A stretch of DNA of 10,756 bases from Candidatus Odinarchaeia archaeon (GTDB lineage: Archaea > Asgardarchaeota > Odinarchaeia > Odinarchaeales > Odinarchaeaceae). The notes beneath the pieces are model-generated. The model worked only from the letters and a program-made list of their open reading frames with translations. It was not told the DNA's origin and made no database searches. The DNA lies in NCBI GenBank assembly GCA_029856525.1, contig JAHQXC010000045.1:1-10756 (forward strand), read 5' to 3'. Below are positions 1-7,464 of this stretch, in pieces. The position numbers were made by a program, and so were the translations under genes. Within the stretch, counting starts at the first letter, position 1, and each line of letters begins with the position of its first letter.

Positions 1-38
1 TGAGTGTTCAACAGACTTAAAGAGTATAGGGGAGCAGG

Positions 39-560
39 CTAGCTTTCAGAAACCCGGTTTTTTAACTGTCTCTCAAATTTTTTAAGCGCTCTCTCAAAAA
101 GGTTAACCGTTTTTTTAAGCCTCTTCAACATGACTTCATGATTATCTTTTATATAGTATATTATAAGCTTGGAGGCTGTTTCACCTTCACCGCTTCTAGC
201 TTTCTCAACGGTTTCACGAAGACGCTTGCATACTTCTAAAAGACTTATAAGCCTATCTCTACCAGAGTTTAAAAAATAATAGCGCATTTTATCATCTAAA
301 CCACCTTTACATAAAGCTTTAACAGTATCAGTGAAAGCTAAAAGCTCTTTTAACAGCTCCTGTCTTAAATCTAATATCTCCAAGTATAATTCCAGTTCTC
401 TACGTATAATATTATCGTGTTCAAGGTATCTTTTCAATAATACGTCTACCAGACGCGTCTTCTCCTCTAAGGTATTGGGAGCCGGGTCTTGCGGTGAACC
501 GAAATGAGATTTTAAATACTCGTATAATAAGTTTAGATACTCGCACTCCTCTTCTCTCAT
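39..560 (-). CDS. Hypothetical, mostly alpha-helical protein (~173 aa)
   Basis: ORF track gives 39..575. The second ATG (560) is preceded by an SD-like GGAGGGGG, so 560 is the preferred start. L/E/K/R-rich with heptad-like repeats near the C-terminus (LKKTVNLFER-ALKKFER-QLKN). No family recognised. Confidence 0.75.
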   Translation of the reverse strand: MREEECEYLNLLYEYLKSHFGSPQDPAPNTLEEKTRLVDVLLKRYLEHDNIIRRELELYLEILDLRQELLKELLAFTDTVKALCKGGLDDKMRYYFLNSGRDRLISLLEVCKRLRETVEKARSGEGETASKLIIYYIKDNHEVMLKRLKKTVNLFERALKKFERQLKNRVSES

Positions 561-575
561 ATTACCCCCCTCCAT

Positions 576-688
576 TACAACACTAATACTATCTGCGAAT
601 ATTAATAGTTTTTTTAAACACGTATTTAAATTATAAGGTTACCTTTTTAACTGTTATTTTAATAAACTAAGATTAAACTAGTAGTAAT
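576..688. promoter_or_regulatory. Divergent AT-rich promoter region between the orphan gene and dinB
   Basis: Several TATA-like elements (TTTAAATTATAA 625-636; TTTTAATA 657-664) and an 11-bp palindrome AAGGT-T-ACCTT at 635-645. The individual elements cannot be assigned with certainty. Confidence 0.5.
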
Positions 689-1777
689 ATGCGTATTATT
701 TTACACGTTGACTTAGATTATTTCTACGCTCAAATCGAGGAGCGGGATAACCCTGTTTTAAAGGGGCGGCCTGTAGTCGTATGCGTTTACTCTGATCGCG
801 GCGGTGGAAGCGGGGTTGTAGCTGCAGCTAACTATATTAGTAGACGCTATAATGTTAAAGCCGGTATGCCTGTTAAAACAGCTGAAAAACTGTTGAAAGA
901 TTTTAACCCTGTGTTTCTACCTGTCCGCTTAAACTATTATGAAATAGTATCCGAGGAGGTTATGAATATTATTAAAGGTTACGGTGACGTCTTCGAACAG
1001 GCTAGCGTTGATGAAGCCTACCTGGATGTTACACGCAGGTTAAACGGTGATTTCAGTGAAGCCGCCGGCTACGCTTTTAAACTTCAAGCCGACGTCTACT
1101 TGAAAACAGGGCTCACATGCTCTATAGGCGTCAGCTATAATAAGCTTCTAGCTAAGATCGCGGCAGGCTACCGTAAACCTAACGGTGTAACTGTTATAGC
1201 TCCAGGTGAAGCTGAAAGCTTTCTGAAAACTTTAAAGATTTCTAAGATTCCAGGTATCGGCGTTAAAACTACTCGTATACTTGAAAGCAAAGGCTATAAG
1301 ACTGTAGGGGAATTGCAGAGTATACCTGTTGAAGAGTTGATGAGTTTTTTCGGCAGGAAAACCGGCTTATACATTTATAACGCGGCTAGAGGCTTAGACG
1401 AGGAGCCTGTTAAACCCCGCGGTCCGGTGCTTCAACACAGTAGGATTAAAACTCTCAGAGAGAATACTCGCAGCCTCGAGTATATTTTAAGCGAGCTTGA
1501 ACCGCTTATATCAGATTTAAACCGGGATTTAACATCTGAAGGCTTAAGTTTTAAAACTTTAACCGTGTTTTTCATCACCGTGGATCTTAAAATCCATTCT
1601 AAAAGCGTTACTTTCGAACACCGTTTCAACTCTTTAAACCCTGTTAGAAAAGAGATTTTAAAGTTGACTGAAAGCTTTCTAAGCGAAAACCCGTATAGTG
1701 TTAGGAGAGTAGGGTTAAAGGTTTCTAATCTTCTATGCGAGAGGGGTTCAGGCCAGGTGAAGCTTACATTCTTCTAA
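689..1777 (+). CDS. dinB: Y-family DNA polymerase IV (DinB/Dpo4-like translesion polymerase)
   Basis: HVDLDYFYAQIEE (catalytic Asp and steric-gate Tyr), PVVVCVYS..SGVVAAANY..R.Y.VKAGMP, SVDEAYLDVT, TCSIGVSYNKLLAKIA, thumb HhH IPGIG, little-finger domain and a C-terminal PIP-like QVKLTFF. Closely follows the Dpo4 motif pattern. Confidence 0.97.
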   Translation: MRIILHVDLDYFYAQIEERDNPVLKGRPVVVCVYSDRGGGSGVVAAANYISRRYNVKAGMPVKTAEKLLKDFNPVFLPVRLNYYEIVSEEVMNIIKGYGDVFEQASVDEAYLDVTRRLNGDFSEAAGYAFKLQADVYLKTGLTCSIGVSYNKLLAKIAAGYRKPNGVTVIAPGEAESFLKTLKISKIPGIGVKTTRILESKGYKTVGELQSIPVEELMSFFGRKTGLYIYNAARGLDEEPVKPRGPVLQHSRIKTLRENTRSLEYILSELEPLISDLNRDLTSEGLSFKTLTVFFITVDLKIHSKSVTFEHRFNSLNPVRKEILKLTESFLSENPYSVRRVGLKVSNLLCERGSGQVKLTFF

Positions 1778-1778
1778 G

Positions 1779-4259
1779 CTATCTACTAGACACGCTAGCG
1801 TATACTTTCAACTCTTCTAAAGCCATTTTAATAGTGTCCTCTTCCAGGTTACCAGGCGACTTATAAGCGTTGAAGAATAACTCGACTTCGCTGATATTCT
1901 TCAACCCGCTGAAAGGTGTGACGCTGGCGATCACCCTGCCTAAGTGGGTTAAAGGTAATTGTTCAAGTCTCTTAATATTATCTGTGAACCAGCTCCAAAG
2001 CCAGTTTAAAGCTGTAGGATTCCGTGCAGCTGAGTTCACTACTATGAATATATTGTTTTTAGCTACTTTACGCAGAGCATAGTCTAAAGCGTCTTTTAAC
2101 AGTTGACTGTCTGATACAGCTCCTAAAGCGTTCAACAAGTAAACTTTCTCCGTTTCAGTTATAGTATTCGACTCTAATCTTCTCTTAATATAGTTTAAAC
2201 CAGCCGGGTTCACGTATACGCCTGCTTTTAACGCGACTGGTTGAAGATCAGGGTGAACTATTCCACCTTCCAGTATCCTCTCGAATAAGCTGCTGCAATA
2301 TTCTCGGATACGTTTAGAGCCTAGAACGGTAGCTGTCCAGAGCATGATGTTACGGAGCTCTGATCTCTGCGGGGTTTCATCTTCAACAGGTTGCAGTCCT
2401 ATTCCGTCAAGTATTCTCTCACTCAGCTTCAACCCGTAGCCTATTATCTTAGACTTATACTGTGGGGTGATTAAATTTAACTCTAACAGGTTTCCAGCTA
2501 TATCTGAGGCTGGCAGATACCTGTCTTCGCTTCCATAATATTTTTCTAGAAGATACAGGTATTCTCCGATCGAATAGTCTCCTCTAAGCGTTAAAGCGTA
2601 GAAGTCGTTTTCAATGTTGAAGCTGTCAGCCGAGTTTAAAATCTTCTTAGAGGCTAATTCACCTAACCTTTCAAGGTTGCTCATACCATATTTAACTCTA
2701 TAGAATCCTCTTCCACCGCTATTCAACTTGAATACTGAGTCAACCGGTAAATCTTTAATACACTCCTCTCTGTTTCTTAAAACATACTCGAAGATTCCAC
2801 TATGCTCTCCGCCGTGTACAGTTAATTTAACAGGGATAATCCACTTTTCTTTAAACTCTCCAGGCTGATATGTGAAACGGGCCTGTTTTAATCGAAGAGT
2901 GTCATCTTCTAAATAAGCTGTGATTAAAGGATAGCCTGGTTGCTTAATCCAGGCGTCCGCGAACTCTCTGACAGGTGTCTGCGAAACCTCTTCGAATACA
3001 CTCCAATAGTCGTCTGTTGAAACATTTCTATAAGCGTGCCTTCTCAGGAAGACGCTGACAGCTTTCTGGAAGTCTTCTTCTCCCAGGTATTCAGCTAGCA
3101 TTAAAAGTATAGCTGCGCCTTTATTATATATTATCGGCGCTGTGGATGTGTTAATATTAACCGGGAGGTTTACAGGTAGTTGAATAGGGTGAGTGTGCTG
3201 TAACGAGTCTCTTTTAAACGCTTCCACACTATTCTCTAAAAGAAAGCGATCCCACATCTCCCAGTCAGGGTGTTGAACATCCACAGCCGCGTAGGAGAAA
3301 TAAGTGGCGAAGGATTCGTTAAGCCACAGATAACTCCAATCTAAAGGTGTAACTATATCCCCGAACCATAAATGCGCTGTTTCATGAGCTATAATAGAGG
3401 CGATTCGAACCAGGTTGCTACGGTTAGTCACATTCGGGTAGACTAGTAGAGCGTTCTCCCTGAACGTGATCGCCCCGTAATTCTCCATAGCCCCGAAGAC
3501 GAAGTCTTGTACACTAATATAATCGCATTTACCTGTCGGATAATCTAACCCAGTATACTTCTCCATGAAGCTTAAAGCCGCTCTAGCCTTCTTCAACGCG
3601 TAACCTGCGTAAACAGTTTTACCTGGAGGCGTCAGCACACGTATAACCGGTTTACTTGAAGCGTCTTGAATATGCTCGAATTCGCCGACGGCGAAGAAAA
3701 CCAGGTATGTGCTAAGTAAAGGCGTTGGCGCGAAACGCACCAGCCTCCTACCGTCGCCTAGCGGATACTCTTCTAAAATCTCAGTGTTAGATACAGCCGT
3801 CAACTTTTCGTCTACGATCAGCTCAATATTGAATACGGCTTTAAAAGAAGGGTGATCGAAGCATGGGAAGGCTCTCCTAGCTTCACGCTCCTCGAACTGG
3901 GTGACCGCGATATACTTTTCAACACCGTCAGCTGTAATATACTTGCTTTTATAGAAGCCGATCATTAAATCATTTATAACACCGTTAAACCTGATTTTTA
4001 AAACGAAACGCCCCTTCACCCTCCTAGGCGGGTGAACATGCAACTCCTCTCTTTCACCCACCACACTATAAGAGCACACATCCTCTCTACCCTTATATAA
4101 TAGAATACACTCTTCAACAGTTAAATCCTTCACGTTTAAAATAATCCGGTCAACCGGTGTATCCGACTTCAAATCAATAGCGACGAATCCTTTAAACTTA
4201 AACGATCCTAGATCAGGCTCCAATCTCACCAAATACTTTAAAGGCTTCAAACCAACCAC
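1779..4259 (-). CDS. M1-family zinc aminopeptidase (PepN / tricorn-interacting factor F2/F3 / PSA-like) with ERAP1-like C-terminal domain
   Basis: TQFEEREARRAFPCFDHP, GAMENYG exopeptidase motif, HETAH-x18-E zinc motif (HETAHLWFG...WLNESFATY), IIYNKG catalytic Tyr. Start is GTG 4259 or TTG 4250; the latter has GGTG at SD distance. Confidence 0.95.
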   Translation of the reverse strand: MVGLKPLKYLVRLEPDLGSFKFKGFVAIDLKSDTPVDRIILNVKDLTVEECILLYKGREDVCSYSVVGEREELHVHPPRRVKGRFVLKIRFNGVINDLMIGFYKSKYITADGVEKYIAVTQFEEREARRAFPCFDHPSFKAVFNIELIVDEKLTAVSNTEILEEYPLGDGRRLVRFAPTPLLSTYLVFFAVGEFEHIQDASSKPVIRVLTPPGKTVYAGYALKKARAALSFMEKYTGLDYPTGKCDYISVQDFVFGAMENYGAITFRENALLVYPNVTNRSNLVRIASIIAHETAHLWFGDIVTPLDWSYLWLNESFATYFSYAAVDVQHPDWEMWDRFLLENSVEAFKRDSLQHTHPIQLPVNLPVNINTSTAPIIYNKGAAILLMLAEYLGEEDFQKAVSVFLRRHAYRNVSTDDYWSVFEEVSQTPVREFADAWIKQPGYPLITAYLEDDTLRLKQARFTYQPGEFKEKWIIPVKLTVHGGEHSGIFEYVLRNREECIKDLPVDSVFKLNSGGRGFYRVKYGMSNLERLGELASKKILNSADSFNIENDFYALTLRGDYSIGEYLYLLEKYYGSEDRYLPASDIAGNLLELNLITPQYKSKIIGYGLKLSERILDGIGLQPVEDETPQRSELRNIMLWTATVLGSKRIREYCSSLFERILEGGIVHPDLQPVALKAGVYVNPAGLNYIKRRLESNTITETEKVYLLNALGAVSDSQLLKDALDYALRKVAKNNIFIVVNSAARNPTALNWLWSWFTDNIKRLEQLPLTHLGRVIASVTPFSGLKNISEVELFFNAYKSPGNLEEDTIKMALEELKVYASVSSR

Positions 4260-4262
4260 CCT

Positions 4263-5579
4263 TCAATCACAGCTTACACGGGTAATCCTATCACCTAGAA
4301 TAATATATAAAATTAAGCCGGCGACCACTATAATAAACTCCACTAAAACTATTAAAATATTAAAAGAGAATAATAGAAGCAGACATATAAAGGCACCTAT
4401 AATAGGAGGCGCCGGGATATTCTTCAAATTCAATCCTATTCTAAAAACCCGCGGTCTCCCCGGCTCCCTTATACGTAAAACAATCACACTTAAATTCACA
4501 AATAAGAATACGATTAGAATCCCGTAAACAGTCGCACTAGCAACCATCGATAAATCACCCATCAAAAGCATTAAAAGACTAACCGCCATCGCGAAGAATA
4601 CAGCTATATGCGGAGTCCCGGTTCTAGCTGAAACCCTGCATAAACGCGCAGGCAGCGCTCTATTCTTAGCCATACCGTAAACCAGCCTAGAAGTAGTCAC
4701 TAAAACGATTAAAACAGTATTCGCGGTCGCGAATAAAGCGATAAAAGAGATTAGAAACCCGCCGGCTGAGCCTAAAACAGTTAAAGCAACCAGGTTTAAA
4801 GGAGCGGGAGATGAGGCTAAAACACTGTAAGGTAGAATACTAACAACAGATAAAGCGAACAGACAGTAAAGCACAGTCGTAATAATAATCGAGTAGATAA
4901 TAGCCTTCGGAATATTCCGCTGCGCGTCAACACCCTCCTCCGCGAGATTCGCTACAACCTCGAAACCGAGATAAGCGAAGAAAACCAGGTTAACCGAGGA
5001 CACCAATCCGTCTAAACCGACACCAGCCGGAAGCTCAAAGTAATTCACGGAACCCCAGAACGGCACCCCGATAAAAATAATGAATAGAAGACCAGCCGCC
5101 TCCACAACCGTGAAAACAATATTCATCAAAGTCGACTCCCTTATACCAATATAGTTAACCAAACTCATCACAACAATTAAAACAGCAGCTAAACCAGCGT
5201 CAACCCATCCACCAGACAACCCTAATAAAGCTGAAAGATAACCGCCGAAACCTAAAGCAACAGCAGCCGCTGAGAATAAACCTGAAAAAACAACAATCCA
5301 ACCTAAAATAAAAGATAAAACCCTCACACGGAAAGCCCTGTCAACGTAAATAAAAGAAGCCGCACTCTCAGGATACATCGAAGAAAGCTCAGCGTAAGAT
5401 AAACCGATTAGAAAACCGATAAAAGCGGTTAAAACAAAACTCAGCCAAGCCATATTACCAGCTAAACCAACCACAGACCCGATTAAAGCATAAACACCAG
5501 CACCTAAAATATTCCCAACCCCGTAGAAAACCAAACCAATCAAAGAAACACGCCGCTTCAACACACCCCCATCAACCAT
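4263..5579 (-). CDS. APC-superfamily amino acid permease
   Basis: LKRRVSL...GVGNILGAGVYALIG (TM1), YAELSSMYPESAA, FFAYLGFEVVANLAEE (TM6), SRLVYGMA; about 12 hydrophobic segments. Start overlaps the upstream stop by 8 nt. Confidence 0.93.
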   Translation of the reverse strand: MVDGGVLKRRVSLIGLVFYGVGNILGAGVYALIGSVVGLAGNMAWLSFVLTAFIGFLIGLSYAELSSMYPESAASFIYVDRAFRVRVLSFILGWIVVFSGLFSAAAVALGFGGYLSALLGLSGGWVDAGLAAVLIVVMSLVNYIGIRESTLMNIVFTVVEAAGLLFIIFIGVPFWGSVNYFELPAGVGLDGLVSSVNLVFFAYLGFEVVANLAEEGVDAQRNIPKAIIYSIIITTVLYCLFALSVVSILPYSVLASSPAPLNLVALTVLGSAGGFLISFIALFATANTVLIVLVTTSRLVYGMAKNRALPARLCRVSARTGTPHIAVFFAMAVSLLMLLMGDLSMVASATVYGILIVFLFVNLSVIVLRIREPGRPRVFRIGLNLKNIPAPPIIGAFICLLLLFSFNILIVLVEFIIVVAGLILYIILGDRITRVSCD

Positions 5580-5988
5580 AAAAACCCTCCGACTTCAACA
5601 TCACACAAACACCCCAAACAACCTCGAAACCATTCCTCCTACAAAACTCTAAAACCTCATCAGACTCAGCTCCAGGCTGAAACCAAACACGCTTAACCCC
5701 AACCCTCAAACAATCCTCTAAAACCTTCAAACCAACACTCGGAGGCACCACAAACACTACAAAATCCACTTTAACAGGTAAATCTAAAACAGACCTGTAA
5801 ACCCGATCCCCACCAATAAAATCAACATTCGGATTAACCCCGTAAACCTCAAAACCCTTACCCTTCAAATCAAAATAAACACGGTAACCATACTTACCAG
5901 GATCACGAGAAACACCGACAACAGCCACCCGCCTACCACGCCTAAGAAAATCCTCAACCAACCCCTCCACAGCAACCACCAAAAACAA
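5572..5988 (-). CDS. CoA-binding domain protein (YccU/COG1832-like)
   Basis: VAVVGVSRDPGKYGYRVY, VYGVNP, YRSVLDLP.KVD.VV..VPP, VWFQPGAES, CVM: all characteristic of the family. Start uncertain (TTG 5988, GTG 5970 or TTG 5961). Confidence 0.92.
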   Translation of the reverse strand: MFLVVAVEGLVEDFLRRGRRVAVVGVSRDPGKYGYRVYFDLKGKGFEVYGVNPNVDFIGGDRVYRSVLDLPVKVDFVVFVVPPSVGLKVLEDCLRVGVKRVWFQPGAESDEVLEFCRRNGFEVVWGVCVMLKSEGFYG

Positions 5989-6002
5989 GAAACAAAAACC
6001 AT

Positions 6003-6025
6003 AAAATAAAAAATAAAAAGAAAAA
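6003..6025 (-). terminator. Oligo-T archaeal terminator downstream of the ferritin-like gene
   Basis: TTTTTCTTTTTATTTTTTATTTT directly follows the TAA at 6026-6028 on the minus strand. Confidence 0.6.
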
Positions 6026-6445
6026 TTAAAGCTCCTCTAACAAAGTAGTAAACGTATCGTGATGATCCTCCTCATCCGCTAAAATACCCCTGAACAAATG
6101 AGCAGTAGTCACATCACCCTCCTTCGAAGCCACCTCAATCACAGACTTATAAAGCTTAATAGCACCCTCCTCATCCCTAGCATCCTGCTCCAACATCTCC
6201 TTCAAACTAGAACCCACAAAAATAGGCTCAGGCTTAGTCGTCGGAACACCGCCAAGATAAACAAGACGCTCAGCAATAGCCTCAGCATGCTTCATCTCAA
6301 CAACAGCAATACTACGCAAAACATCCTTCACCGCAAAACCCTTAACACCACGCCACTGAACATGCTGCCACATATACTGAATACTAACCTGCAACTCACG
6401 AGCAATAGACCTATTCAACAAATCCAACAACTCCTTACTCACCAT
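6026..6445 (-). CDS. Short bacterioferritin-like / ferritin-superfamily di-iron protein (139 aa)
   Basis: Start moved to ATG 6445, which has SD GGTGGTG. Ferroxidase ligands E17, E50-x-x-H53, E92, E125-x-x-H128 and Y24 match E. coli Bfr E18/Y25/E51/H54/E94/E127/H130 spacing. Met51 in EMKH matches heme-ligand Met52. Confidence 0.9.
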   Translation of the reverse strand: MVSKELLDLLNRSIARELQVSIQYMWQHVQWRGVKGFAVKDVLRSIAVVEMKHAEAIAERLVYLGGVPTTKPEPIFVGSSLKEMLEQDARDEEGAIKLYKSVIEVASKEGDVTTAHLFRGILADEEDHHDTFTTLLEEL

Positions 6446-6468
6446 ACACACCACCAAACAACAATAAT

Positions 6469-6594
6469 TTAAACAAAACTATAAGCAAAACCCCTTTTAT
6501 ACCTTTCCATAAAAGCCTCGCTAAATTTTTTAGGTTTATTAAGGCGGAAAATTAGAACAAATGAAACAATAAATATAATAACAAAACCTAACAT
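6469..6594 (-). CDS. Possible small single-pass membrane protein (41 aa), not in the ORF track
   Basis: ATG 6594..TAA 6469 gives MLGFVIIFIVSFVLIFRLNKPKKFSEAFMERYKRGFAYSFV: hydrophobic stretch then basic cluster. No clear SD, it overlaps the promoter above, and the T-rich composition could mimic hydrophobicity. Confidence 0.2.
   Translation of the reverse strand: MLGFVIIFIVSFVLIFRLNKPKKFSEAFMERYKRGFAYSFV
6494..6510 (-). promoter_or_regulatory. BRE-TATA promoter for the ferritin-like gene
   Basis: GGAAAGG-TATAAAAG on the minus strand, about 50 nt upstream of ATG 6445, predicting a TSS near 6470-6475. Confidence 0.6.
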
Positions 6595-6675
6595 AAAATT
6601 ACACGTAAAAATCAAAAAACACTCAACCAACAAGATTAGAGAAACCCGTAAACTAAATTTATCAAACAGTTTAAC

Positions 6676-7107
6676 CTAACCCATAGTTAAATATTCATCC
6701 AACACCCGGTTAACCAGCATATCAGCTCTCATAATCATAGGGTGCCCTCTATAAACGTGATTATATACCACACTGTGAAATAATTTCTCTAATCCCTTAA
6801 CACGCGTATACAATTCTTTAAGCCTAATATTTCTAACCTTGTAGACACCGTTTAACTGGCTAACAACAAGCCTGCTATCAGAGTAAACGTCAACTCTATT
6901 CCGAGTGTAATCTTTAGCAGCAGTCAAACCTTCAATAATCGCGTTATACTCAGCCCAATTATTAGATCCTAAACCTAGAAAAACACCCTTCTCAAATAAA
7001 ACCTGATCTTTAAAATCGCAGAGAACCACACCTACCGCACACTCACCTAGCTCAACCCGATTCCCACGCGACCCACCGTCAGCGTAAACTCTAATATACT
7101 CGTACAG
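6676..7107 (-). CDS. rnhA: Ribonuclease HI (type 1 RNase H); true start upstream of the ORF-track start, probably CTG 7107
   Basis: The frame stays open upstream of GTG 7029 and encodes YEYIRVYADGGSRGN (first catalytic Asp). The other catalytic residues are in NNWAEY, VYSDSRLVVSQLNG and RADMLVN. In-frame TAG at 7122-7120; SD AGGAG at 7121-7117. Confidence 0.9.
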   Translation of the reverse strand: MYEYIRVYADGGSRGNRVELGECAVGVVLCDFKDQVLFEKGVFLGLGSNNWAEYNAIIEGLTAAKDYTRNRVDVYSDSRLVVSQLNGVYKVRNIRLKELYTRVKGLEKLFHSVVYNHVYRGHPMIMRADMLVNRVLDEYLTMG

Positions 7108-7127
7108 AAGAATACTCTCCTATAATG

Positions 7128-7433
7128 TCAGCCTAAATTTCTCATAACAGATTCAACCTTAGACTTAATAGAAATCTTCTTATCACGTCGATCATCGATT
7201 TTAACCTGTGTTAAAACACGGTTCACACCCATCTTGAAAACAGCTTCATGAGCTTGTTTAACAGCTTCGAAAACAGTATCCAAGTCTTCAGCCTCTATAA
7301 TAGTAGCCATAGAGGTGACCTCTACACGAATATTTTCAAAAGACTGTAAAACAGTTATAGCTCTAGCAACATACTTACTTAAACTAGCAGTAGCGGTCCC
7401 TAAAGGAACAATACTAACCTCCGCGACAACCAT
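7128..7433 (-). CDS. MTH1187/YkoF-like thiamine-binding family protein
   Basis: AEVSIVPLGT..ASLSKYVA, TSMATIIE, EAH.AVF..G..RVLT.VKIDDRRDK, KVESV; SD GGTGG at 7443-7439. Confidence 0.93.
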   Translation of the reverse strand: MVVAEVSIVPLGTATASLSKYVARAITVLQSFENIRVEVTSMATIIEAEDLDTVFEAVKQAHEAVFKMGVNRVLTQVKIDDRRDKKISIKSKVESVMRNLG

Positions 7434-7464
7434 TCAAACCACCATAGTAATAATAACAACATAG

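Noticed and set aside
1-38. Possible end of a neighbouring + strand gene
   Set aside because: Too short to assign a frame or function.
60-125. Repeated ctctcaaa and ttttttaagc units
   Set aside because: Explained by the short peptide repeats at the C-terminus of the orphan protein; not a CRISPR or DNA-level array.
39-575. Hemerythrin-like resemblance (YLEHDNIIRRELE ... HEVML) in the first ORF
   Set aside because: Too few correctly spaced His/Glu ligands to support the call.
1432-1629. 65-aa minus-strand ORF
   Set aside because: Lies fully antisense within dinB; no motif.
1870-2082. 70-aa + strand ORF
   Set aside because: Antisense within the aminopeptidase; no motif.
5865-6002. Alternate-frame hydrophobic ORF from ATG 6002 (MVFVSCFWWLLWRG...)
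   Set aside because: Overlaps the CoA-binding gene out of frame; the W/L/V richness is a by-product of the G+T skew.
6098-6472. 124-aa + strand ORF rich in T/H/N/L/Q
   Set aside because: Antisense shadow of the ferritin-like gene. The + strand here has so little T and G that stop codons are rare.
6676-7029. ORF-track 117-aa RNase H start at GTG 7029
   Set aside because: It would omit the first catalytic Asp; extended to 7107.
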